64,000 nucleotides of DNA from Marsupella aquatica (lineage: Eukaryota > Plantae > Marchantiophyta): the NCBI GenBank assembly GCA_973895155.1, contig OZ316893.1, positions 9,863,660 through 9,927,659 on the forward strand, in the 5' to 3' direction. The position numbers and the translations under genes are program-made. Position 1 is the stretch's first letter. The number at the start of each line of letters is the position of its first letter. Of this stretch, positions 35,861 through 48,458 are shown in pieces. Below the pieces are notes generated by a model. That model was not told the DNA's origin. It worked only from the letters and a program-made list of their open reading frames with translations, and made no database searches.

Positions 35861-38664
35861 CAGACCTCGCAGCCTTTTGACTAGCAAAGGGAGATAGTCT
35901 ACGCTTTCCATTGCTGGTCACAGCGCGACGGGCAATCAGGATGATGCCATGCCGAGTAGAAGAACAACAAAGCATTCTATAAAAAGCACTGAGGTTGGCG
36001 TTATAGTAAAAGTGGTAGTACTTCTAGTAGCGCGACCAACTCGCTAAGTGACAGTCCGGAGTAGCTTACCTTCGAGAAGAAAGCCATAGCAGTTTAGCAG
36101 AAATCCCCAACAAAATCCCCACTCTGAAGATGGTAAGCTTGCAGCTGCTCCCCCGAGTGCTCCCCTCAACCTCGCCACTTCTATTCTGAGCAGCGCAGGT
36201 CCTCTCCACCCTCTCACCTTGCACCTCCTGAACAGGTGACCAGCACTATCCACTCCCACCGCAACTGTGGACGGTCCCTAAAAAAATGCAGATGACAGCG
36301 ACCAATAGACAAAGGATTACATGCGTAGACCTGGCAGAAATCTTCAGTGCAATGCATGACTAAGCTGACCAGTATTTCTCAATAGGGTACCAAAAGCCAC
36401 AAACAATACAAAAGGCAGTGACAAGCACAGGCGGTGGCAACTAGCAAAGGCAGTGGCAAGCAAGCAATCAATGATGATAGCGGCAATCGGCAATGGCGAT
36501 GGAAGGCAGCAATAGGAATCACCTGAATGAAGTACCAATCCGCAGCGGGAGGGAATGTCAACCTTCTTGTCAATTGCAGACCACCTCCGACCTCAAGGTC
36601 TCCCTCACGTCAACACCTAAAATGTAAGTGATGACCCAATGTATCCTCCCTGATCGCAGCTCGTCCCCGCCCGCAGCTCGTCCCCACCCGCAGCTTCTCC
36701 CTGCATTGAGGTCCTCCTCGACCATAGCTCTTGCAGCTGCTAGGCCCAGCCTTTGATGGCCTTCTGTAATGTTTGCAGACAATGTCGCCTCCCTTCAAGC
36801 AACTTGCCTTCCGTAGCAGTAGAAATCACCTATGCTCGAGCAACTTGAATGAAGTCACAACAATGGGAGCAGGCGGCGACGGGACTGTCAGCTCTCAAGC
36901 GCAACCTTCACAGCTCACTAACATTGCAGGACTGTAAAAAATGACCGGTTCACGTTGTTACCGTAGCATCCCTGGCACACCAAATCCTTTGTCTCTAATT
37001 CCACCAACCAAGCGCTCGATGGTTGACAATGCGCAGCTGAGCTAGGAGAAGAACTGAATGATTGTGGCTGCTCTTCTCTGCAATCCAAGCACCCGGCTGG
37101 CAGCTCCGCAAACCCTGATCGTAGCTGCAATCTCTACTCCGTTGATTGAAGAGCCTCCCTCTTCAAAGCTTGGTTGACCTAGCTCTACAATTGACGGAGC
37201 TTGTCATCCTCTGCATCAAAAACCCTCCACCACCCGACCTTCCGCGTACTTCAGGAAGCTCCTTACCACCAAGCGCTTCTCAGGGATGCCTCGCAACAAT
37301 GTCCTTACCACCTAACGACTCTCAAGGCTCTCCCAAACCAATGCAAACCCCTTGCAATCTAATACACTGTGTCCAAACAGAGGCAGAACTGTCAAAAGCG
37401 CTCGCAGTAGTGGACGCAGCAATGTGAAGTGAATGAGCTCCGACCTTCCCTCGCAAAATGCTTACCCTAAACTCTGCTCGTATGCTAAACTCACAAACAT
37501 TCCGCAGGTCGTTCTGTCGCAAAGCACAAATGATGGGGCCCAAACGCATGGGGCGCGGACACTCGATACTTCCCTTCACAAAAACCCAGTTTCATACGAT
37601 GACCAAAGCATACTCACCCTAACCCAAGACTTAGTGCAAACAGGACCCTAAACGCTAATCCAGGGCCCGTTTCCGTTGAGTTGAGCCGTTAGGCTTGATA
37701 AGTCATGGCCAGAGTCTTGATGTAGGGGAACAATGTGGACTTAATTAGGCAACAAATGAGTACATTTGGGTGAGGGTAAAGGATAACTTTAAATAAATCC
37801 CTTTGGCGACAAAGATGAGGCCACTTAATCAGTTGTGCCCCACCCTAACCCCCCCCCCCCCCCTCCGGGGCCCCCTCATGGAATTACCTCTATCAAAAGT
37901 ACCCTAAGTTATGAAAAGTACCCGTTACATGGACCTGTTTTGAGAGTTGAAAGATAATCAGAAGTAAAGGGACCATGGAGAAGAGGGGGCCAATGTAATT
38001 AAGTCAAGCATCACTCATTCAAAATCCACATGGACATAGTTGGGTACTATATGAGACACCAGGGGACAAGACATTTTTGAAGGGTTGGCATATTTACCCT
38101 CATCCCTAAACTTGGATGTTGTGCACATAACATCCACTCTCCTACCCCAAGTACAAAACAACTCCTAACAACTTAGGCCCAATGTAGTCACTTGTGCCCA
38201 ACCATGTTCATTAAGAGCCTAAATGTTTTCATTTCACCCACATTGCATGTTGTTGGGGGTTCCATGGTCTGTTATTATAATGTAACTCCTCATGTGAACT
38301 TTGTGAAATTTAGTATTTAAGGGACCATGGAGAAAGTAGGCCAATGGAGTAATTGGAACCATGAACCTTTTTGGTCACAAATAAGGCCATCTAATGAGTT
38401 ATGCCCCTTGCTATCACCATCTTTATAGAATTAACCCTCTTCAACATAAGTGATCATTACCCATGTAGTGCTAGACTATTCACCGTTCACAAAGTAGCAA
38501 GGACCCTTCTCATAGTCATTTAGAGAACCATATAACACTAATAGTCTTTTGTAGTTTTCAACAAAACCGGCACAATGAGAGCGAGTCGTTTCAAGTATGG
38601 AAAAAGGACTTAGTGGGCTTAGTCCTATAAGGTATGGTCTAAATGGCCCCGGTTTCTACTAGTG

Positions 38665-41124
38665 CTGGCTCCTCTCCCCACCCCATTCCCTCTCCACCCA
38701 TTCATCATCCTCCTCCGTCCTCCTCGTCCATATCTGTTCCACCCCCACCTCCTGTCCAGTCTTTCCCTGCTCCCTCCTCGGATGAGCGTCCCCTGCATAC
38801 TTGTCCTGACTGTGGATGGGTTGGCATCTCCCTCCCTCATCATCGCGGGCGGGGCCGGTGCCATCGTCGCCAGCAAGCACAATCCCAGCCTCAGCCCCCT
38901 ATTCACCCGGTTAGCTCTACCCCTCCCTCCTTGGAGGCTCCCGAGCAAGCATGGAGTTGGGTTCGCACTCTAGACCCCGTTCCAGCCTACCATCCAGGGT
39001 ACATTAGACCTCGCCTTTATAACCACATTCCTCTGGCGCTGCGCCCTTTAGTTCGATCCTCCTTGTTGCAACTCATGCAGCTTATCTTGGCGCATCCTAT
39101 GGAGGTCTCCTACTGGTCTTTACTTAATCTTTTTCCACAGTGGTCTCTTACCCTCCCTAGTCATGGTGGTCGTGTGGGTCACCGTGAGATTGCCTCTCGT
39201 ATCCATCATTTTTTGCGGGGAGATTGGGAGCAGCTTCAGGAAGAGTACTTTCTTTGCGCCCGGTCTTTTACCGCCCGTGCTTTGTCTGACCCAGCCCGCC
39301 ACTCTCATCCCCCTGAGCATAGACGTCTTCGTCGCTCTTGTCGTTTAGCCCAGGCTGGGGAATATCGTCGGGCTGTCCAGGCCCTTTCTCCCACCACACC
39401 AGCCCCCCCTGGCGAGGTCACCTCGTCGGCCCTTCAGGATCTCCATCCGTAGCCCCATGATCAGCTCCCTTTGTTCGTAGAGGATTTTGAGCCTGAGGAG
39501 GATCTTCAGTTTAGTAGGGACCACTTCACCTATGCCTTCCTCCATGCCCCACGTTGCGCTGCTGGTGGCCCCTCCGGCTATGTCTTTGACCATTTTTGGG
39601 ATTTATTCCCCCCTGAGGATCCTCAGTTTGGTTTTCCAGTTTTCTTCTCCTTTTGCCAATGTATTGCAGCCGGTCGTTTGCCTCCTCCCGTCTCTCGGCT
39701 CTTGAGTGCTTCTCGTTTATTGGCCATGGCTAAGTCTTCACCGGGTGTTCGGCCAATTGCTATTGGGGAGGATTTTCTTCGACTTTTGTCTTGCACACTT
39801 TCCTCGCAGTTTTGCTCTGCACTATCGGATCATCTCTCTCCACATCAGTTTGCAGTTGGCATTCCTGGCGGTTGTGAGACAGTTATTGCGGGTATTCGAG
39901 CTACCTTGGACCTCCACCCTGATTGGGTTGTCCTCCAGGTTGATGTCTCTAACGCTTTTAATACGGTTTCTCGGGCAGCCATTTTTCGTGCTTTGAGGGC
40001 GGCGGATCCAGACATCCAGTCCCTGATCCCCTTTGTCCGTTGTTTTTATGGACTCGAGGCCCCACTCTTCTATAGTCATCACTCCTCTACAGGTGTGTAT
40101 ACCACTCTTTCCTCTGCAGAAGGTACTCGTCAGGGTGACCCTTTGGGTGGGCCTCTTTTTGCCATTGCCCATTTTACAGCTTTACGGGAAGCCGCCATGG
40201 CCCACCCCCTGTGTATCTTCCCCTCCCTTTCAGATGACACTCACATCATTGGTCCTCCTGCCGCGGTTACTTCTGCCCTCGCCACTCTTTCCACCCATTT
40301 GATGGGCCTCGGTTTACGAGTTCAGCCTGTGAAGAGTCGTGCATGGAGTCCAGCTGGGTTACCCTCTGATCTTGCGCTTCCCCCAGGGTTCTTACGTCCA
40401 TCCGATGGTCTTCGGGTCCTTGGCTCCCCAGTCGGTACCGCCTCCTTTTGCTCCTCTTTCATCGCTGACTCTCTACGGGCTGCCTTAGCCTCTACTCCTA
40501 TGCTCCCTAAGTTAGCAGTTTCTCAGGCAGCATTTGGGATGTTGTTGAGGTGCATCCACCCTCGTGCGTCTTATCTGGCTAGGACGCATCCCCCTACCGA
40601 GGACAAATGGAGACAAAGAGTCTGGCTCTTTGGTATGCGTGCGGCGGGAGGTGGTACTCGAGTTACCTGGTCCTCCATCACAGCGGTTATGGGTGGATCT
40701 TACCATGGTCCGTGAGGGTCAACGTACATTGGCAGATGTAGTGGTGGCAAACCCATTGCGCCAAGACATCATTGGGACAGCGGCAACAACGGCAGGGGCA
40801 GCAGCGTCATGTGCTTCATTCGACAGCTTCCTCCCCCTTGCTCTGGAGCTATTTGGGCGTCTTCATCCTCAGTTTGATGGGCTTCTTCGGCAAGCTGCCC
40901 GGGATGTTCATGGCCGCATGGGTCCCACCGGACCCCCGCTTTCTATTTTGACCACGCACTTTTGCCAACGCATTTCAGTCACCTTGCAGCGTGCTCAAGC
41001 TCGGGCCATCTATCGTCGATCTCTTACAGTGGGTGCTAGTGTGCCTCCGCAGCGGCTAGCTCCCCTAGAGGATGTTCCAATCCCACTTGCCGATCTAGTT
41101 TTGACCCTTGATGTGGACCAGTAG
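38665..41124 (+). pseudogene. CRE-clade retrotransposon ORF: Zn finger, reverse transcriptase, restriction-like endonuclease
   Basis: Motifs GVRPIAIGE, PHQFAVGIPGGCE, VDVSNAFNTVSR, GTRQGDPLG..LF, SDDTHI, GLRVLGSPVGT. C-terminal VD...LADVVV...FLPLALELFGRL...QRISVTLQRAQA. In-frame TAG at 39450-39452 and an apparent deletion/frameshift near 40600. Confidence 0.88.
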
Positions 41125-42569
41125 CTTTTTGCCACATTCGCTAGGAATGATGAGGACCTTGGTCCGCTTGGGTTAGTTTTAGTCTCTCTTTCTTGGTTTT
41201 TAGGGGTTCCCTATTGCTCATTTCTTACTTTTAGTTCCTCTTTCTTGGTGTTTAGTGGTTCCCTTTTGCTCACTTCTTTTTCGATTGGTTTTGTCCACTT
41301 GGGCCCTCTTTTGTTTGTTCATTTGTACTCTGATTGGTCCCTTTGTATATAAAAAGTGTGTATATTTTTCTTTAATAGATGAAGAAAAAGTCACATTTTA
41401 GGTGATGTCACATAAGAATCATGATTGACACTCCTGGTCAATCAATCCAAGAATACACAAAAATATTAAAATAAATATGATTGTCGAGGTTGGTTCCTCC
41501 ATTCCCCCCAATTTTGTAAGGAGACTAAAGAACATTTTGATTACATTGCATATTATAGAAGTAGAGATGAGTGATTATTGTTTTTATCATTATTTAAGCT
41601 TTTTATGACATTGTATATATTATACTATAAAAGTAGGGATGAGTGATTGGTATTAAAATTATTTTATAAATAATATTGAAATAAATAAAATAGAGAATAT
41701 ATATTTTTCTTTGAAAGTGAGTAGAGAAGAGCTCTGGAGCATAGAATCTATGTAGTGCAGCCACTTGGGGACTAGCAACCACTAGGGGCCTATACCTAGG
41801 ATCCTACAAAGACCCAGGCCAGGAAGGAAAGACTATTAAACCAAATATATATTTTTATAATTTATTGTCCACTTCTCTTCCCTACTCACTTTCAAAGAAG
41901 GTAGTCTGGACTATTGTAATCACCTATCTTTTAAGATATCGTGAAAAGAACCTCCGAGTTTAAAATATACACAAACTTTTTACAAAAAAGGGCCAAACAG
42001 AGTATGTAAAGCCTTTCATGACTTTTCTCTTTGTATATTTGAGTGCATTAATTCTCCATAATGCACCTCTTTTTTTGAGGAGGGGATTATACAAAACACC
42101 ATAAATATAGTAAAAGTAAAAATTAAATATAGTTTTACCATACACACAAAAACTTAAATTTAGTCAAGATCTCAAGATGATAACCAAATCTTATATGGTG
42201 ATATGAACAAAATATCTATGAATAGAATCTAATATAACTCAAAACTGTTTATTTTTGGCCAATTCCATAGCAACCACTTCTTGGATGACCTTTTAATCTG
42301 AATTTTCTATTTTAGGGATTTACTTTTTTTTGTTTGTTATGAGTCACTCAAGTTTTTACATACATTAATGTCCTACTGTAGTTATGGGCATTATATTCCA
42401 CAATGCCCTCTAACCAGGACATTATCCTATTCAAAAGAATAAACAAAAGAGGTCCCAAGTGGGCAAAATCAAGAACAAAAGGAACCCTCTAAGAACCAAG
42501 AAAGGGGAACTAAAACAACCCCAAATGGACCGAGGTCCTTATCGTTCCTAGCTAATGTGGCTAACAGCT

Positions 42570-43390
42570 AATGGTCCACATCAAGTGTCGAAACTAAACC
42601 GAGTTTGAGCTAAACTTTCGGGAATGCCAATTAGCCAACGACATCGCTTCGCTAGAGCTCGCATGAGCTGACAAGGAAGCCAATTTCTATATTTACACGT
42701 CTTTGGAGCTCTCATGAAATGACAAGGAGCCTCACCTCTCTTCGGGTTTGAGCTCGAGTCTCGTGAAATGGCGCACCGTAGACGCCGCCCTGTTGGGTCC
42801 CATGCCAAGTAGCCGATATATCTTACTATAAAAACGCGAACGAAGTCTACTCTTAAGGGCCTAGGGTCTAGAGTGAAACCTCTAGACTATAAACCCCAAT
42901 ACAGACAAAAGTGATATGAATCTCAATTAAAAAACATTTAAAATGAAAATTAACAAAGTAACATATAAATATTATGAGGATTAACAAAATAACATATAAA
43001 TATTATTGTGCAAGATTTCTTTTCTTCATATTCATATCAGTTCAAGGAACGTGTAATTTGGTAATTTGGCTAGTATATATGAAACTTCCAAAGTACAAAA
43101 ACCTACTCGAGCGCTCACGAACATAAAATGAACCTCAGCAGGTCATTGATAGTGTTTGAGCTGTCGATGCGCGTGAAGTGACGTAGAAGCCGCCTTCGCG
43201 AGGTCCCATGCCAATAAGCCAACGACATGTCTTCTTGTGAGCTCTCACGAACTGACATGGAATCCGAGGCCAATTAGCCTACTTTTGAGCGCTCATATGC
43301 TGACAAGAGGCCAATTAGCCAACTTGTTGAGCGATCATATGCTGACGAGGAACTCGATTAGTAAACTTTCGGGCTCGATCAGAGACTGTC
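42570..43390. repeat. Unclassified repeat remnant with recurring GCCAATTAGCC / GAGC.C.CA / CTGACAAG motifs
   Basis: Multiple short degenerate copies, interrupted by an AT-rich block at ~42820-43080. Confidence 0.45.
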
Positions 43391-44083
43391 ACCTTCCAGG
43401 AGCTTCCTTGAAATGATAAACTACTGTACAAGGATTGTACGAGAATAGAAGCCAAATGACGAGCTCACTAAAAGTCTTGAAGCACTGGGTGATCGATCGT
43501 TGGTCCCTGCATGATTCAAACCTCGTTTTGCAGCGGCCCACTTTTGTCCGCCGGCTCATCTTTGGTCCTACTAGTGGCGGGCCTCTCGTTGATTGCCGAG
43601 TAGATTGATGAAGGCGAGACCGATGCCAGTTCGGCACCCCTTCACAGATAGTTGGCGACCTGCCACGACCTGCTCCGCGGCCTTGGATTATAGGTGTGCG
43701 CCATACCGTAAAGTACTGGACATAGATTCTGCTCACGGCTCGCCATCTGTAAAATCACGTACTGTATACCGAAATTTATTCATAGCGTTTTCCCAAGTCA
43801 GTGTTGCGTGGAAATAACGATCTATAACTACCGACCATAGCCGTTAAAAATCAAAGAACAATCGACGCAGGTTCGAAGGTCAATCACAGGGAAAGGTCTA
43901 TAATCACCGACCACATGCCCCCGCACCTGCCATTGGGATCAAAGGAAGACTAGGGGAAGTTTGAAGGTCAATCGCCTTGACTAACGAGCTGATGCCTGCA
44001 CAATACCCATACCCCATCGCCAGCAACCTCCACTGTTACAAAGTGCAATGGACGTACAAATTGATGGAAAATACTCTGAAGTC

Positions 44084-44630
44084 ATGCACCTCACTTGAAT
44101 GGCCTTTTGATTTTAACAGAGACGGATCTCTCTTGTCTGCCCTTTCTTCTTTTCAGTGTCCTCTCTTACGAAGGGTACCATGCACCTGAACTAAAGAGAA
44201 AATCAATTGAATGACTTTTTGACTTTAACAGAGTGACTGATCTCTCTTCTCTGCCCCGTTTTTTCATTTCTTAATGCCCTCTTTACGAAGTGTACTATGC
44301 ACCTGAACTAAAGAGAAAATCAATTGAATGCCTTTTTGATTTTAACTGAGACTGATCTCTCTTGCCCCTTTTTTTCATTTCTTAATGCCCTCTTTTACGA
44401 AGTGTACTGTGCACCTGAACTAAAGAGAAAATCAATTGAATGACTTTTGATTTTAACGGACACTGACCTCTCTATTCTGCCCCTTTTTTTTTACTTAATG
44501 TATCCTTATAAGGAGTATACCATGCACATGAACCAAAAATAAAATCACTTGAATGACCTTTTGATTTTAACAGAGACTGATCTCTCTTGTCTGCTCTTTC
44601 TTTCTTTTAATGTCCTCTATACAAAGTGTA
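44084..44630. repeat. ~112-117-bp tandem repeat, about 4.5 copies
   Basis: TGCACCTGAACTAAAGAGAAAATCAATTGAATG..TTTTGA.TTTAAC units start at about 44181, 44298, 44410 and 44523, with a partial unit from 44084. Confidence 0.92.
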
Positions 44631-47600
44631 TCAGTGTAGGACAGTGACAAAGACAACACAAGCACACGTTAGTGCGACCGTCTGCTTGAGATTTGAGGTT
44701 CTATTACTGCCTACAATAGTACAATCCCCTGGTAGGAGGACCTAATACACTTAAAAAACTTGAGATTTTTGTTTTACTAATTTTAGTAGCAACAGAGTAA
44801 AATTTTGATAACGGGTTGACCCAAATCTTGACTGTTCTCTATTATTATAGTCAAGAAATTACACAGAAAAACAGAAATGCATTACGGTGCCGTGTTTCTG
44901 GTTTGCCTAAGTGACTTTTGCCCCTCACTCAGTGCAAGCAAAAAACAACTAAGTGGAACCCTGTAAATGAAAAGGCTGCTGGCCATGATTTGATTGTAAC
45001 TGTTTAAGTAAACTATTCATTTGGGCAAGGTCAATCGGGAGCTTCATGTGGCGAAGGGCCTTTGTTTTACGCAACCGGAAAAGGCAGAGCAAGGAGAAGA
45101 ATCCCAGGAGGTAAAAGTGTCAATAAAGGACACAAAAAGAGCAGAAGAGAGAATCAGTTGTCAAAACAGGAAAGAGTGATTTTCTCTTCAGTTCAGCTGC
45201 AATGCTAAACTTTTAGAGTGATGTTCTTTGTTGTCTCTATCCTCATCACACAGTTTCGAGCTTTTCTGCTTTTTCTCCTTTTTTGCTTCTGTGAGTTGAT
45301 TCGTTGCCAATGTACCCTAATTACTTCATATATTAGAACAAGACGAAAATCATGACTAGCTTGAATTATGCACACCTAAAGAGCCCACTCTTGAAACATC
45401 TAACTTGCAAACGACAGAGAGGAGAATCTCATTGTAGAGGATCACAATGTGGAACGTCATCAAAGATTTTGGTATGGCCCACTCAAACAAAAAAATCTGT
45501 CTGGAAAAACATGGTGGGGGGCGCAGTAAAGTTAAGAGCCACCAACACGCTGCCGAGAGGGAACTCCAACTTACACAAAAAGCTTCACAAAGCTGAATCT
45601 ACTTCTAAAATGCGTCACCAGGCCATGCCCTGCGTAAGCAATTACCTCTCCTGTCGTGCATGGCTACTGTCCTCTCCTGTCGTGTATGGCTAGTTTAGAG
45701 TTCTGTCCTGCATGTCGTTGCTAGTCGCGTAGCAACTGGGGCAGCAATCAATCAATCATGACCCAGCCTGGGTAGCAACTAGCAAGCATTGTCGTATGCA
45801 GACGGATCCTGACATACAAGATTGGTTTGCATACTGTCAAGCAAGTACCCCAATTGCAGTGCCTGTCTTAGCTAACACTTTTTCAGAATCAACTAGTCCC
45901 TGCTGGCCTGCTATTCCTTATTCGCCATGTGTATCTCAAAGTTGGACCACACGCATTGGAAGTATTGAATGCCTTCTCGTCGTCTGGACGGATTCTTCAT
46001 CTTGAGAAGAGCGGATGATCGATGGAATCACTTTCTTTGTGTAAAAAGTGGTCATTCATCCGTCTTGTTGGTCAATTCTATGTAAATTGTTCCTTCTTGA
46101 AGAATTTCCCCCCATCGATGTGGTTGGCCTTTCATTGGGTCCTCGTAGTTTGAATACTTCCACTTGGTCCAGGGTACAGAGTAATTTGGATGTCGTATAC
46201 GGAATTTCGAATTGCAGGCGTGTCCCTAGAATGAGGTCATGAAAGTCAGGTCACTGTGCTGGACGACGATGAGAGCATGTCACGGATTTGAGCTTAGACG
46301 CTCTTAGACTGAAGTCTCCGAGCAATTTTCTTCGTCAGTGCGGTAAGTTGTGCTATCCACAGTAATCGAGCAGTGCCTAGCCATTTGGAGCATCGATAGC
46401 ATGACTAGTCAGTGCTCCATCTCCTCTCGTCTGTCTAGAATGGCAAACCGAGGACTTATTAGGACAGACTGGAATTTTAGGATTTGGGCTCTGGTCCTCG
46501 ACTATATATATCAGTCTAGTGCCCACGCAGTTGCATTACGTAAGGTAGTTTCCCCCTTGCAGTGTCATGGCAAATCGCGTGATCCATGGGGATACAGGTC
46601 TGGACCCCTCTCAATTATAAGTTGCCTATTTCACTCATGCTTTGAGGGATTGTAAATTTCGCCAGCTCTAACGCTCAAGCAAAACTCACCTGCTCTACTC
46701 AAAACATTGGGATTTGAGGCCCCAATGCTGGATCTCATCATGTTGGCCCGGAATTTAAAATCTCAAACATGGAGCAAATTTCTAAGCTCAAAAGTAATCT
46801 ACGATCAACGCAGGAGACATCGTCAGTCACAAGGTGATTCGAAAACAGAACATCAATCAACGGCCTTTCTAGTCGATATACTGAATTCGTGTCAAACCTC
46901 TGACGATTAAATCCACACCGTCCTTCTAGCTCGTAGATCTAAGTCTACCAGTGGGCCCCCTACCATTTTGTGACGGCCTAGAATCGAGCTTATTCAGTGG
47001 ACACACTTCGCAGCGTGATATATGGCAGCTCCCGAGATCACATCCTACCCCGAGACATTTCAACCGCAACTCTCTCTCATTAGGCACTTGTGTCCCTCAT
47101 AGAGAATTTCTATGACGTTCTTCGTGATCACCTGAGAGTCAATTCAGTTGGTAAACGAGACCAAATTCATAATTAGTGATATCAAGCAATAAACTCTCCA
47201 GTTGAAAGACTCAATTAAGTCACATCTAAGGTCTGAAGCTAAAAAATAACTTAGTTTATCCATCGATGCAGAGCTAATATTATGATCTTAAATGTTTCAA
47301 CTTCCACCTGTCCCCTGGCCTGGCTGCTGCTGAAATGCATGCTGGAGCATCCAGAAAAAATACAAAGCTTGGCCGCCTGGTTTGAGCTATGGATATGAAG
47401 CTCGTCCACAGAGTGGACGCTAGTATTCGTGTCAAAAGTTGCACGGCAACAGTTTCATGTGGCTAATTGGGAAGATTCCGACACGTTCATCGATAACTCG
47501 CCGAAACAAAAATAGCAGCAGATCAATAACGACCTAACTACAATGGAAATCTTTTCCCGAATTCCTCAGTCGCTGCTCAGGAATAGTGGACAGAGATGAC

Positions 47601-48458
47601 CTAAAGGTCTGACTCGAGCGCAAATTTGAGGCAAAAAAACTCCATAATTTCGTACTTTTGAACTTCACAAGAAAATTGAAAAATGATTCACTATTAGCCT
47701 GTGCCGACTGTTGAACTTTCAGTCTAGAAAGGCCCATCGGCAAATAGGCAGACAGAACGTACCTTTTGAGCTGCATTGATTGTAAACCTGAGTGAACTTC
47801 ACAATTTTCTTTGAACATCACCGACGTTTGCCTCGGTAGATGGAGATGTCAGTCCTTAAAATGTGTTTGCAAGAACAATCCTGAATTCCTGTACCACTCT
47901 AGTTTCAGTACCTTCGGAATACCACTAGTCAGGCATTTCCGGCTACCAACATGATAGACTTTTGCGAACGGCTGTGCAAAGAGTGCACTCTCGCTGTGCA
48001 AAACGGCTTCCAAGATTAATCTCGTGTTAAAAGACTGCGGTTGGTCAAAATAAGTATCTTGGCGCTGAGGGTTCCGAACCAGGTAAAAAGCTCACAAACT
48101 GTTAAGCTTCAGAAGGGGAACGTTCTTGGTACACACTGCCACAGGAAAGAAATCGATAATCCCGTTGGCAACCATTCTGCCTCCCCAACAACAGTATTCA
48201 GAGAGAAGAAAATTTGCATGTCGTCTTCTGCACACCTCGTCAATCATGAAGATAATCAGTAAAGTAATGAGGAATTTCCAAAATACATTTTCGTAGCTAG
48301 CAACCGGCCGAGATCCACATGCGATGGCCTTGGCTTGAAAATTCTGTGGAGGAAAAGCAAAACCACAGTCGTAGTAATGGTCCATATTGATCCTTATATG
48401 ACTAAAAGGCAGCGATAATGAACAATTTTGCTGGCAACATAATATTTTATTATGATAA

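Larger units (their letters stand above)
17461..38664 (-). mobile_element. Large CACTA (En/Spm) DNA transposon, 21,204 bp, with cargo genes
   Basis: Perfect 18-bp TIRs CACTAGTAGAAACCGGGG (17461-17478) / CCCCGGTTTCTACTAGTG (38647-38664). 3-bp TSD CTA/CTG with one mismatch. Subterminal ACGACT/AGTCGT-type repeats. Encodes TnpD and TnpA. Confidence 0.96.
17050..41355 (+). mobile_element. CRE-clade (RLE-type) non-LTR retrotransposon, split by the CACTA insertion; outer ends approximate
   Basis: A C-rich Pro/Ser coding stretch runs across the CACTA junction (17460/38665). It is followed by a Zn finger (CPDC..HH..C), an RT domain and an RLE-like C-terminus, then a T-rich 3' UTR ending in a short A-run near 41350. 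Confidence 0.7.

Noticed and set aside
42819-43085. Helitron-like 5' end (TCTTACTATAAAAACG)
   Set aside because: No convincing 3' hairpin plus CTRR terminus could be paired with it.
44084-44630. Second regularly spaced array
   Set aside because: Inter-motif segments are homologous to each other, so it is an ordinary minisatellite.
45350-48450. Short ORFs downstream of the RimM fusion
   Set aside because: No recognisable domains or consistent exon chain. Probably UTR or intergenic DNA.
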